Below are positions 37,301 through 49,664 of a stretch of DNA of 64,000 nucleotides, piece by piece. The notes under the pieces were generated by a model that saw nothing but the letters and a program-made list of their open reading frames with translations, searched no databases and was not told where the DNA came from. Positions within the stretch are counted from its first letter, which is position 1, and each line of letters opens with the position of its first letter. The position numbers were made by a program, and so were the translations under genes. The stretch covers positions 9,982,001 through 10,046,000 of the forward strand of contig CATNEN010000038.1 in the NCBI GenBank assembly GCA_950097015.1. The letters run 5' to 3'. Origin of the DNA: Macrostomum hystrix. Its lineage: Eukaryota > Animalia > Platyhelminthes.

Positions 37301-37700
37301 ATTGTCCATTCGCAGGTACTCCAACTATGTTCTGCAGGCCCTACGTGACCTGGTGACGGCTCCGCTGCCGAAGAATCGCTGCCTGCTTCTGCTGGGCACC
37401 ACCAGCTGTAGGGAGGCTCTGCAGGAGCTGGGCCTGGTCCAGTGCTTCACAGCCGGCAAAGTGCATGTCAGCAATTTGACTCGCTCCGTGGAGCTGCTGG
37501 ACGCTTTGAGCAAAATTGAAAGCGCCGAATTTACCGACGATGAGTTTAAACGAATTCGACGCGAAACAGAGAGTCGCCGATTGAACATCGGCATCAAGGA
37601 GCTTCTGGACGTTGTCCGAATGACCAACCGGGTCGAGGAGATGGACCGGGTGCGCTACTTCTTGGACCGGTTGATCGAGGACGACCGACTGTACGATTGA
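31350..37700 (+). CDS. NSF: Vesicle-fusing ATPase NSF (743 aa)
   Basis: Exons 31350-31447, 31528-31624, 31733-31854, 32121-32394, 32798-33223, 33719-34057, 34386-34668, 34995-35202 and 37316-37700 total 2232 nt in frame. Motifs: [41 protein letters not shown]1 Walker A GPPGTGKT, Walker [33 protein letters not shown]2 [20 protein letters not shown]. Confidence 0.97.
32500..32762 (-). mobile_element. SINE family B copy (CORE-like) in NSF intron 4
   Basis: The - strand reads GTGGTTAGAGCGTCGGAC...GGTTCAATTCC...TGTGTCCTTAAGCAAGACACTTAACTCTGCATTGCTTCAGTACACCCAGCTGTTAAATG. Confidence 0.88.
33325..33400 (-). mobile_element. SINE family A fragment
   Basis: GGAGGCAATTCTGCCCATTTCGCTGA...CTTTCTTATCGTCAGGCAGTG. 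Confidence 0.65.
34085..34345. repeat. 40-bp tandem repeat in NSF intron 6
   Basis: About 6.5 copies of ACCACTGGTCCTTCAAGTGTGTAGATTTGTTGAATCTAGT. Confidence 0.93.
35248..35390 (+). mobile_element. SINE family B copy, degenerate
   Basis: CGTCGGACTCGCGACTTGATGGTCGGGGGTTCAATTCC...CACTTAACTCTGCGTTGCTTCAG. Confidence 0.7.
35560..37200. repeat. 30-bp satellite (ATCGATGATCCACTAAAAATCTATCGGATT) in NSF intron 8
   Basis: Read directly; 449-bp higher-order duplication; degenerate copies also occur in intron 7 (about 34700-34970). Confidence 0.97.
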
Positions 37701-37736
37701 AGGCCGCGTACTGCTTGACATGAGTCGTTCTTGATG

Positions 37737-38290
37737 CAGAGAATCGCCATTAAGAATCTTCCCAATCCTCACAGTGAATCGCCATTGAGAATCTTCCCAA
37801 ACCTCACAGAGAATCGCCATTGAGAATCTTCCAAAACCTCACAGAGAATCGCCATTCGGGAATCTTCCCAATCCTCACAGAGAATCGCCATTGAGAATCT
37901 TCCCAAACCTCACAGAGAATCGCCATTCGGGAATCTTCCCAATCCTCACAGAGAATCGCCATTGAGAATCTTCCGAAACCTCACAGAGTATCGCCATTGA
38001 GAATCTTCCCAATCCTCACAGAGAATCGCCATTGAGAATCTTCCCAAACCTCACAGAGAATCGCCATTCGGGAATCTTCCCAATCCTCACAGAGAATCGC
38101 CATTCGGGAATCTTCCCAAATCCTGACAGAGAATCGCCATTCGGGAATCTTCCCAAATCCTGACAGAATTGCCATTCGGGAATCTTCCCAAATCCTGACA
38201 GAGAATCGCCATTCGGGAATCTTCCCAAATCCTGACAGAGAATCGCCATTCGGGAATCTTCCCAAATCCTGACAGAAGTGCCATTCGGAG
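37737..38290. repeat. 36-37 bp tandem repeat immediately 3' of the NSF stop codon
   Basis: GAGAATCGCCATTCGGGAATCTTCCCAAATCCTGACA units. Confidence 0.95.
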
Positions 38291-38899
38291 GTTTCGTGTG
38301 AGAATTTTGTTCAAATTTTATCCAGATTGTTTCCCGTTAGGATCGCAAATTATTTTAACGATCCGTCTGCTGCTAAACTACACAAATCTCATTGTGGTTG
38401 ATAATTCCTTTTTTCATTGCCTAAATAGCTGAGTGTTAATTCTGAACTCTACTAATCCTTTTTCAGTCTATTCTGGACGTGCCATTATCGTTTGCTGAGC
38501 AAAATAGTATATGAAGTAGTGTGTGCTATTCAATATTTAATTTTCGTCTGTTTTTAAGATATGCCAAAATTAATGGCTTTTGTTGTTGCTGTTTTGTCTC
38601 TAAATATACTTTTACTTTCAGTGGGTTTTTCTTTGCTTATGTACTTTTTAGGCAGTGTTATATTTGCTAACTACTGTTTACTCTAGTGAACTTAGCTTCC
38701 AAACAAGCTATTATGAGGCCAATTAGGAAGAATAGTTTATCATGATTAAATCTTACCGAGTAATACCCGTAATTATACAATTTGAATAAACTGCAAAAGC
38801 AGACTAAACATGAACCGATTGTTCTCTATTTTTTTTTAATTTCCTGGGTGTACATTTTTTTAGTTACAGAGCTTCGTTAAAGGTAACTTGTTATCACTG

Positions 38900-40815
38900 G
38901 TTTAGTTACAGAATCTTTCAGTTTTCACAGCTGGAGTTACAGAATCTGTCAGTTGTCAATGATTTTGTTACAGAATCTGTCAGTAATTACAGCTGGAATT
39001 ACAGAATCTGTCAGTTGTCAATGATTCTGTTACAGAATCTGTCAGTTGTGACTGATTGAGTTGCAGAATCTGTCAGTTGTGACTGATTGAGCTACAGAAT
39101 CTGTCAGTTGTGACTGATTGAGTTGCAGAATCGGTCAGTTGTGACTGATTGAGTTGCAGAATCTGTCAGTTGTGACTGATTAAGTTGCAGAATCTGTCAG
39201 TTGTGACTGATTGAGCTACAGAATCTGTCAGTTGTGACTGATTAAGTTGCAGAATCTGTCAGTTGTGACTGATTGAGTTGCAGAATCGGTCAGTTGTGAC
39301 TGATTGAGCTACAGAATCTGTCAGTTGTGACTGATTGAGCTACAGAATCTGTCAGTTGTGACTGATTGAGTTGCAGAATCGGTCAGTTGTGACTGATTGA
39401 GTTGCAGAATCTGTCAGTTGTGACTGATTGAGCTACAGAATCTGTCAGTTGTGACTGATTGAGTTGCAGAATCGGTCAGTTGTGACTGATTGAGTTGCAG
39501 AATCTGTCAGTTGTGACTGATTAAGTTGCAGAATCTGTCAGTTGTGACTGATTGAGCTACAGAATCTGTCAGTTGTGACTGATTGAGTTGCAGAATCTGT
39601 CAGTTGTGACTGATTAAGTTGCAGAATCTGTCAGTTGTGACTGATTAAGTTGCAGAATCTGTCAGTTGTGACTGATTGAGCTACAGAATCTGTCAGTTGT
39701 GACTGATTGAGTTGCAGAATCTGTCAGTTGTGACTGATTGAGCTACAGAATCGGTCAGTTGTGACTGATTGAGCTACAGAATCTGTCAGTTGTGACTGAT
39801 TGAGCTACAGAATCTGTCAGTTGTGACTGATTGATTTGCAGAATCTGTCAGTTGTGACTGATTGAGTTGCAGAATCTGTCAGTTGTGACTGATTGAGTTG
39901 CAGAATCTGTCAGTTGTGACTGATTGAGCTACAGAATCTGTCAGTTGTGACTGATTAAGTTGCAGAATCTGTCAGTTGTGACTGATTGAGTTGCAGAATC
40001 GGTCAGTTGTGACTGATTGAGCTACAGAATCTGTCAGTTGTGACTGATTGAGCTACAGAATCTGTCAGTTGTGACTGATTGAGTTGCAGAATCGGTCAGT
40101 TGTGACTGATTGAGTTGCAGAATCTGTCAGTTGTGACTGATTGAGCTACAGAATCTGTCAGTTGTGACTGATTGAGTTGCAGAATCGGTCAGTTGTGACT
40201 GATTGAGTTGCAGAATCTGTCAGTTGTGACTGATTAAGTTGCAGAATCTGTCAGTTGTGACTGATTGAGCTACAGAATCTGTCAGTTGTGACTGATTGAG
40301 TTGCAGAATCTGTCAGTTGTGACTGATTAAGTTGCAGAATCTGTCAGTTGTGACTGATTAAGTTGCAGAATCTGTCAGTTGTGACTGATTGAGCTACAGA
40401 ATCTGTCAGTTGTGACTGATTGAGTTGCAGAATCTGTCAGTTGTGACTGATTGAGCTACAGAATCGGTCAGTTGTGACTGATTGAGCTACAGAATCTGTC
40501 AGTTGTGACTGATTGAGCTACAGAATCTGTCAGTTGTGACTGATTGATTTGCAGAATCTGTCAGTTGTGACTGATTGAGTTGCAGAATCTGTCAGTTGTG
40601 ACTGATTGAGTTGCAGAATCTGTCAGTTGTGACTGATTGAGTTGCAGAATCTGTCAGTTGTGACTGATTGAGTTGCAGAATCTGTCAGTTGTGACTGATT
40701 AAGTTGCAGAATCTGTCAGTTGTGACTGATTGAGTTGCAGAATCTGTCAGTTGTGACTGATTGAGTTGCAGAATCGGTCAGTTGTGACTGATTAAGCTAC
40801 AGAATCTGTCAGTTG
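38900..40815. repeat. 31-bp satellite (GCAGAATCTGTCAGTTGTGACTGATTGAGTT)
   Basis: Read directly; degenerate left edge; 713-bp (23-unit) duplication. Confidence 0.97.
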
Positions 40816-41813
40816 CCACAGGTACATGTAACATGAGTTATGATAATGAGTTACACGATCAGTTAGTTATAATTGGTTCAGTTACAGATCTCATTGTCTG
40901 TGGCTCTTTGTAGAGCCTAAACTGATTGCTGAATTTTAGATTATTACTTAACTTAGAGTTACAGCAATTACAGACTTATTAGTACAAGCACGATGAGAAC
41001 TATGCGAGCACTTTACTCAAATAACCAACAAACGCATTGAAGATAACTATGGCGGGGAATTTTGGCATGCAATAAAAACGCGCTTTTAACGACAGAAGTT
41101 GTTTGGTTTGGGCATTGCAGATTTATATTTATAAAAATCAATTTTCTTCTCCAGGCAATTCCAAGCCAGACGGGAAAGCTGCCAAAGGCTATTAATTAAA
41201 GCAAAAGATTAATACTCGTAATAATAGAAGCAATAAGTAAATAAAGAGCTTACAAAAAAGCTGGATTATGGTGAAAAGCAATGTCATCGCTTAGAAGACA
41301 TGGACAAGACTTGCAAGCGCTGTGAAGCACCATGCACATCATTTGTAAAAAGAGTAAGTGATAAAATGTGAAAGTTATAGCGACTTCAGCCCATAACTGG
41401 GCTAGATTAAAGAAAGAATTGTGGGAGTCAGACTGCAGTCCAGACAAAGGGATTTAACAGCGAGGCAGTTTTCAAGCGAACTAAGCAGAGTGACAAATAC
41501 CTAATTCCCGGACAAGCGAGTGGGATAAATGGGATAAACTTTTAGGGATCAGACTGAAAGCTTAAAGAACGAGTTACTTTCAAAAATCACACTGAACGCA
41601 AATCATGTACTATTAATTATTTGATGACTATAAAAGTACTTCATAACAATAACTCACGGAAGGGAATGTAAAAAATGAACTTTGCGATTCAACGAATCGA
41701 CAATGATTAGACAGATAATTAGTAAATAAATTTTTAAAATAAACTTGGTCTAATTTTTGTAACATTAAATTAACGGAAGAAACAAGCTGCGTTAATCCGC
41801 TGCGGATTAAGTC

Positions 41814-44800
41814 TCAGGGGCTGACTAGATTGGCAAACAGCTGAGAGGCTCGCCGAATAATCTGGCTGCCGCTGCTGCCGCCATCGCACTGAGCCGGCTG
41901 CGGCTGAAATGAAATTCTCCTACAGGCGCTGCTAGTTGACACGCCTGAAGCTGTCGACTGCTGCGAGCTCTGGCAGGCGGCGCCGCTGATCGATTCGAAA
42001 TCTTCGCCCAAGTCGAATCTGGTGAGCTCGGCTTCCTTCTCGCGCTGCCGCTGCACCCAGGCGTCGGCGAGGGCGACAGCGCGGCAAGAAGCTGTGGCCG
42101 GCTGCGAGGGGCGATTCTCTTTATCGAAATCCGCGGCCTGATGCGCGCCAGTAGTCGACGGACTCGGCGAAGTTGGCGATGCTGGCGGCGACTCGCCGAT
42201 CACAATGGGACAGTGTCTGGTTCGCTCCGAGGCCAGACGCTGCAGACGGAGGCGGCTGCGCTTCGGCGTTGGTGTCTCCAGGACGCGGATGCGCGAGCGT
42301 CGCCGGCGCTGCTGCGACTGCTTCTGCTGAGAGCCCGGCGAAGGCGTGCGCAGAGTCGACATAAACGAAGCGGCGGATGCTGAGGAGGGCAGTCTCCCGG
42401 AGCCGACAACGGATGTGGCAGCCACGGTGGAGGCCGGGACATACAGCTGGCGTTGGTCTTGAGGAGTGCAAGGAAAGAGGAAGGCTGGTTGCAGCTCGGT
42501 GACCAATAAAGAAGTAATCAAGAGGGGGCTGTTTGGACAAACTTTTCACTTATTTTTACTTAAAACGCCCTTAAACAAACTCTTTACTTTTCATTAATGC
42601 AGTAAATAAATAAATGGTGACCTTCACTATAAAGTTAATACAGAGACGTGAATTGCTTACTGCTTTGCTTTAAATTTCTGCCCCAAAAACAACGGGCAAA
42701 AAAAGCTAGTACGATTTATAAAATAAAATGAGGCTATGGACATTAGCGGAGAGAAGCAAGGGAGATTGGGGAGGAGAGAGGCAAGGGACATTGGCGGAGA
42801 GAGGCAATGGAGATTGGGGGAGAGAGGCATGGAGATTGGGGGAGAGAGGCAAGGGAGATTGGGGGGAGGAGAGAGGCAAGGGAGATTGGGGGAGGAGAGA
42901 GGCAAGGGAGATTGGGGGAGGAGAGAGGCAAGGGAGATTGGGAAGAGAGGCAATGGAGATTGGGGGAGAGAGGCAAGGGAGATTGGGGGAGGAGAGAGGC
43001 AAGGGAGATTGGGGGAGGAGAGAGGCAAGGGAGATTGGGGAGAGAGGCAAGGGAGATTGAGGAGAGAGGCAAGGGAGATTGGGGAGAGAGGCAAGGGAGA
43101 TTGGGGAGAGAGGCAAGGGAGATTGGGGAGAGAGAGGCAAGGGAGATTGGGGGGAGAGAGGCAAGGGAGATTGGGGAGAGGCAAGGGAGATTGGGGAGAG
43201 AGGCAAGGGAGATTGGGGGGAGAGAGGCAAGGGAGATTGGGGAGAGAGGCAAGGGAGATTGGGGGGAGAGAGGCAAGGGAGATTGGGGAGAGAGGCAAGG
43301 GAGATTGGGGTAAAGACGCAAGGGAGATTGGGGAGAGAGGCAAGGGAGATTGGGGAGAGAGGCAAGGGAGATTGGGGGGAGAGAGGCAAGGGAGATTGGG
43401 GAGAGAGGCAAGGGAGATTGGGGTAAAGACGCAAGGGAGATTGGGGAGAGAGGCAAGAGAGACTGTGGGAGAGAGATTGGGAAGAAAGTAAGGCGAGGGT
43501 GATAGGGATGAAAGAGTGGCAAAGCGCTATAGACACGGAGCTGAAACAATCAGCGGCTAGTTGCATATTCTCACTGGTCATGCCGCGAAGCACACAGGAG
43601 CTACCGGAGCGGCCCAAAGTCGAGGAGGAGCTCCGATTAGCCAGTCTGTCGTAGCGCCCGACACCGACGCCGCGTCCGCCGCCGTCGCAGAGAACCGGCG
43701 GTTCAACTCCGCAATAGAAGGCAGGTATAGCCGGCGCGGTGGACAGGTCGGGAAACTCAGCGTTGGCATCCTCGATGGTGGCATCGAGGAGACCGCTGTA
43801 GCTGCCGATGTCCCGGCTCGCATCCGGGTTGGTCGAGCCGACGTCCGCTACGTCACCACTGCCGCCGGCAGCTAGATAGTCTTCGGCGTCGCTGTCTTCG
43901 GCGTCGCTAACGGGCAGAGCCATCTCCAGGCGAATGTCGCGTATTAGGCGGGCCAGGCCGGCGCCGCAAGGAAAAGCCGATGCCATGCGGTCAGACAAGA
44001 AGCCGGACACCCGGCCGTCTGGGAAGAACAAATGGCTGCGCAACTGGTTGAAACTCTGCGGGTTGGCGTTGGTAACTTTGGCTTTGTTTGACACATTGGT
44101 TTAGCGACAGTGTAGGATAAGTGAGATTGTGGGAGCACTGGCACTATGGGATTTGTGAGATTAGTGATTTAGAGAGATTGTGAGATTTAGGATTAGTGAT
44201 TTAGTTCCACTTGATGCTTTGTGACGTCATGGAATTAGTAATCCCATGGGTGCTAGGGAAAAGACTATAAGAGAATTACCCATTTGACCAGCGAGTCACG
44301 ATCGTCCGAGTCCAGTTCATCAGAGCAGCCAGACTGATCCAGAGCCAGAAAGAGACCGAACACTTTCAACTGACTCCTGAATAATGAAATATGAAATTTA
44401 AACTATACAAATATTATATAGCTACTCACTATACTCACTCAAACCGATACCAAAGCCAAGCTTACATTGTCCATTTGTCATCGTCTCCGAGCTCCTCGGG
44501 CCGGACCTGGTCCAGGCAGCTCAGCAGGAAGGCCAGCAGGCGGCTGCTCTGCTTATCTCCGGGCGGTTCAGACTGCGGCGGAGGGAGCCCCAGCAGGCAG
44601 TCGGCAATAGCCTGAGCCGAGTCTGACAGAGCGCCCGGGCGGTTTGGCGCGGTGTCGGACGAGCCGACAACGAACAGAACCTCGCCTTCCTGCCTGATGC
44701 CTAGACTGCCACCGCCGCCAGCCAGCAGTCGGCGCAGATGATCCAGCAGCTGGTCCTGGCTGGTGAAGCAAGGCGAACGCGGAGCAGCCGGCAGACCCAT

Positions 44801-47121
44801 CGAAGAAGCTGACGAAGCACGACGCGACACGGAATTCGAGGCTGGCAACAGCTGGACGGGCATCTGGGATATCGACTGCTGACGCTGCAGATCGCGTAGG
44901 CTGCGCTTGACAAGCATGGCGCTGCGCGATGATTCCCGCCGATAGGAACTAGACGAGCAGCTGACGTCACCGACGCTGCCGCCGCTCAGGCGATCCGTCA
45001 ACTGTTGACTGCGCCGACGTCGACTGTCGATGGAGCCAGACTGCAGCAGCTGCGGTGTCATTGCTGCTAGGTCGCTGGCCTCGAAGTGGCGAATAGCGAT
45101 AGAGCGAAATAGTTTGCTGTCATAAGGACAGCGGGCTGGTGGTCTGCACAGAACATGAAAATTTGGCACTGATATTTAGTACACAAGCCTTATCAATAAT
45201 AACTGATTAATACATTTTACCTGGTAGCAATGAAGTCCAAATAGCCTCTCTTAGCTGCATCTAAAAAATCAGAGGCACAAAGAGGAATCAATACTAGAAC
45301 ATGAGATAAGATTACTATATTATACATCTTACGTTTCACATTGTATTTATTATCATATTATCTGATCATAATTTGGTTTATAAACTGTTCAGATTTTTAT
45401 ACTTCCTGTTATTATATATTTGCTAAACTGCTAAAATTGAATATGCAAAGCTAATATCTTGGCTTAAAAATATTTAAATTAAACTAATTTATATATTTCA
45501 TTATACTTAAATGTCTTTTTTTTAAGACAATATAAAATAATATTATTTAAGTGCCAATGGGCACCTTGCTTTCTGATTTAGCATCATAATATCCAATTTA
45601 AATGGCACTCTAATTTATAAATCTATATATAAACATTTTATCACCCCAACCTGAACAAAAAAATAATTTGCTTAAACACTAGAGTTTTGCCATAGCTATG
45701 GATATTTACAGAATGTGACAGATAAGTCTACTAAAAACACTCTAACAGTAATCAGATCTTTTTTACTGTATTAAAAGAGTTAATTATTATAATAAATTAT
45801 GTTTACAAATAAAAACTCTTATATTATTCTTTTTTAAAGAGATACTTTTTAGTATATATTGTGACATTTTTGAATAACAAAATCTATGATTTAAATAAGA
45901 AAAATAAGGCAATTCTATACCTAAAATTGTATGTCATTTCATTTTTGAAATTTGATTTTTCTATGTTTCTGAAGTCTAAAAAGACAAGTGAACTAATTAG
46001 AAGCATAATAACATATACTAGTACCTAAAAAGTGTCTTATAGTGCCTAGTTTATTACAACAGGTAGTATAACATTTGTCTCGACAAATGTAGCATAAATA
46101 AATTTGTCCATGGCTTAAAGGCTACAACAGCTATGGGGAAATTTAAAGAAATATATGAATACAGGGACTTAAGTCAAGCTTTAAGTCAATTGTAATGCTT
46201 ACTGCTCACTTTTTCTTCAATACTATTTACTATAAGTAACCTCATTCAAAGTAGGAAGGCCGACATCCTTCCCACATCGGTACCTGGACACTTCGTCATC
46301 TTACAACTTCGTCATCCAGATGACGATCTGTCCAATATCTCAGAGGGTGGATGACGAAGAGACTTAGACTTGTGGACACTTGGTCATCTATAAAACAAAA
46401 GTTTTCAAAGTTAAAACAGAACCACCCCTCCCCACCTCCTCACGAGTCACATTGTGTTGGCACCTATCTTTCAACTCTTAAATTGAAATCAGTTTTGACA
46501 CCTCTTTTTGCCAATTTAGAGTGTAAAGTGTGTTCACACCTCTGCCCCACCACCCCACCCTCACTTTATTGATGACAAACTTGATTGCTTGTTATTAGTA
46601 GATGACGAACTGACCAAACTTTAAAGCGTGCCAATTGGCTGGATGACGAAGTGTCCTACCTTCCAAGTGGATGACGAAGTTGTAAGATGACGAAGTTGTA
46701 AGATGACGAAGTTGTAAGATGACGAAGTTGTAAGATGACGAAGTGTCTAGGATCCCCCACATCTTGTGTAAGTAGTACACCTACAAATACCTTTAGCCAT
46801 GTCATGATAATATGGCAACGAAACTATAACAATTTAGCAGCTAGTCTACATGCTAAATTGTTTTATTGTTCACTTGCTTTTTAAGTTAAGACTTAATAAA
46901 TATAAAAGCCAAATCTTAACTTAATAAATAATAATTCATGAATTATTCTACACAATAGGATTGCCAATAAAAATTGGCTAAGAGAGCAGGCTAAGGGTGT
47001 CTAGCTATAGGTGAAGAGTGCTAAACTCTTCTGAAACAGTTAGAAATGTTAGGTTTTTTAAGCTAGCTAACTTACCAGCATTGAAAACATCCATGCAAGC
47101 TAGACTCTCGTCCCTCTCCAT
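41814..47121 (-). CDS. Divergent Treslin/TICRR (Sld3)-like replication-origin firing factor (at least 661 aa; 5' end uncertain)
   Basis: Exons 47076-47121, 45221-45260, 44466-45143, 44280-44376, 43575-44055 and 41814-42457 join in frame (1986 nt). Motifs FTSQDQLLDHLR, SQLKVFGLFL...DDRDSLVKWSFNQLR...VSGFLSDRM...LARLIRDIRLEMALP, RQLYVP and the paired CDK sites VLETP...VIGESP resemble Treslin. The exon structure is solid; the family assignment rests on recalled motifs. Confidence 0.65.
42740..43480. repeat. Purine-rich 22-25 bp tandem repeat (GAGAGGCAAGGGAGATTGGG) in the last intron of the Treslin-like gene
   Basis: Read directly. Confidence 0.95.
46279..46755. mobile_element. Foldback-type MITE with GG...CC ends and 8-bp TSD
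   Basis: TSD CCCACATC (46271-46278 / 46756-46763). TIRs read GGTACCTGGACACTTCGTCATCTTACAACTTCGTCATC and, reverse-complemented, GGATCCTAGACACTTCGTCATCTTACAACTTCGTCATC. 16-bp subterminal repeats are present. Confidence 0.9.
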
Positions 47122-47867
47122 TTAAAATCAGAAAAAGAAATTAATGTAATGTAGGCCTATGGCTATAAGCAGTATGACATCGAAGTATGTATGTACAATA
47201 TGTTTCTTTCCCCTAAAGTCTCTTGAAGCTTTTCCTCTAAAAGCTTTGCGCCCACTGCACAAAGCTAGTCTATACAAGGGACTACTGTCTCATAGAGGGA
47301 TATATAGAATGCTGAAATTAAGCAACGCCTAGCTAGGCTACGCTACCATGGTCACAGTCACAGCTACCGATGCTTTCTGATAGGCCTAGTGATACACGAA
47401 ATCAATAATTAGCGAGATCATAGGGGCCTATAATTGTTTAATTTGGGACTCTTAGATATGTACAAATATTCAAGTTGGGGTCTAAGATTTACTATAATAA
47501 ATGCGTACTTATTAAGCCACTGATCTAGCGCGTGCAAGCAATGCGAAACCGGGTGACGAGAAAAAATCACGTATATAACATTCACCGACAGATATTCCGC
47601 TCGATATTCCGCTCGATATTCCGATCGATATTTTTATATGAAACTAAATGTAGCAAAACAAATGAATCACCGTGAACTACTTGGTTGGTCGCTGGAAAAA
47701 AAAGATAAAAAGGGACAAACACTTACATTTGAAAAGAGCAAGCAGATGAATGTTCTAATTGCAATTTGAACCTCTTTACGGCATAAATGCATTACAGAAC
47801 ATAATAAAAACATCCAGCTACAGTTCAGGATGATCGATGAACGCCAGGGACGATGCATCAACTGTAG

Positions 47868-48244
47868 GCTCAGGTCTTCAAATAACTGTCGGGATGATTG
47901 ATTAACGGTCGGGACGATGCATTAACAGTCGGGACAGGCCTTCAACTAACTGTCGGGATGATTGATTAACGGTCGGGACGATGCATTAACAGTCGGGACA
48001 GGCCTTTAAATAACTGTCGGGATGATTGATTAACGGTCGGGACGATGCATTAACAGTCGGGACAGGCCTTTAAATAACTGTCGGGATGATTGATTAACGG
48101 TCGGGACGATGCATTAACAGTCGGGACAGGCCTTTAAATAACTGTCGGGATGATTGATTAACGGTCGGGACGATGGTCCGACAGTTAATGCATCATCCCG
48201 ACAGTTCATTCATCGTCCCGACAGTTAAATCACCACCTGACCCG
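47868..48244. mobile_element. Nested foldback element with a 64-bp tandem array in one arm
   Basis: The left arm carries about 4.5 units of 64 bp (built from TAACNGTCGGGA subunits); the right arm (48177-48244) is the inverted, unexpanded version. Confidence 0.75.
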
Positions 48245-48484
48245 AAATGCATCATTCATCTGTAGCAAGAGTATTTTATGAAATAAAATGCATTTCAACT
48301 GTTTTGTTCTGGAGAAAAAATTGTTGAAAGTGATAATTATTATTAAAAACTAAATTGAGTAAAATAAAAATAAAGAGAGTTTTTGTTTTCCTTTTTAGTT
48401 CTCTTTAGCTTTTGTTTAAGTACACTACATTATCTGTCGGAATATCGATCGGAATATCGAGCGGGATATCGAGCGGGATAAGTT

Positions 48485-48538
48485 CAAGGACCACTAGAAG
48501 AAGTGGTCCTTCTAGTGGTCTTCTTCTAGTGGTCCTTG
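48485..48538. mobile_element. 54-bp mini-MITE with 8-bp TSD
   Basis: Perfect 19-bp TIR CAAGGACCACTAGAAGAAG / CTTCTTCTAGTGGTCCTTG; TSD GATAAGTT (48477-48484 / 48539-48546). Confidence 0.9.
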
Positions 48539-49664
48539 GATAAGTTACACTCGTGAAAAAATCGTAAAAGTTAGCTCCTTAAAAATGCGCGCTAAAAATA
48601 AACTAAAATTATATCTTTTAGATCCCATGATCATTAATTATTGTGTATATTAGCAGCACATTTCTGTACTATATACTTAAAAAAATTTTTTTGCTTTTAG
48701 CCTAGAAGTAACGCATGCACAAGTGTACCCAAACTTTGAACTACTAATTTTATTTTCGCAAGCAAAAAAATTGATATATCTTAATCAAATGTAGCTTACT
48801 TCCTGTCAGCAATCAAGTAAGGCGTGCAATATGTGTAGGTATGTTTTTTACTGCTGTTCGGTCTGTAATTTAACATCAATTTATTTTAAGATCAATTACA
48901 TTGTATTTAGCATTTTTATCTGACACACGCTGGCCGCTGGTGCACGTGACTTGTTAGTTGTCTTCACCTGACATTATTAATTATATTTCTTTCTTTCACA
49001 TTAACATGATATGTCTATGATTATGAGTAGGCCTAGTTAAAAATAGTCAGCTTATGAAGTAATCTAATATACTAAAAATGAACTGTTTACTTGTTTACTT
49101 ACTTGGTTGTAATTGATTTTCTCCCGAACGGCTCAACCGATTTTCACCATTTCTTCACCAAAAGATGCCAAATATGGGGACAATTATACACGTATTTTTA
49201 TTAAGCTTAACTTTATTGCTAAAGGGATTAAATATTCGAAAAACATGATTTTTAAAAGGTCAAACCATCTTGGCCTATTGAGAATTTTACTCACTGCCAC
49301 TGAATTAGAATTGCATCGTCAAATTGCGCAACAACCCCTAGCTGATTGAATTTGAAGCCTGCACTCTGGAGACAAATTGGAAATAAATGTACACAACCAA
49401 CCGCAAGACTGAGTGTACTCTATTTTCTTACTTCATTGTACAAAGCCAGAACTTTGAGAATTCATTTTATAAGGCTGATTTTTGCACCCACTAACCAACA
49501 GTCGGAATAGCCGATGTGTAGGCACCAGGAATAGGTTAGGCTAGGCTAGGGTTCGATTCTGCACTGCATCAAATCATTTAGACTAATTTTCAGCCAGTAG
49601 TGATTGAAGACTATTTTATATCATTTTTTTCATTTCGTAAATAAAATATCATAAATCATAGCAC

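Larger units (their letters stand above)
47568..48555. mobile_element. P-like non-autonomous DNA transposon with 7-bp TSD, carrying nested elements
   Basis: TSD AAAAAAT (47561-47567 / 48556-48562); ends CACGTATATAAC / GTTACACTCGTG; inverted subterminal 12-bp repeats GATATTCCGCTC / GAGCGGGATATC. Confidence 0.7.
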
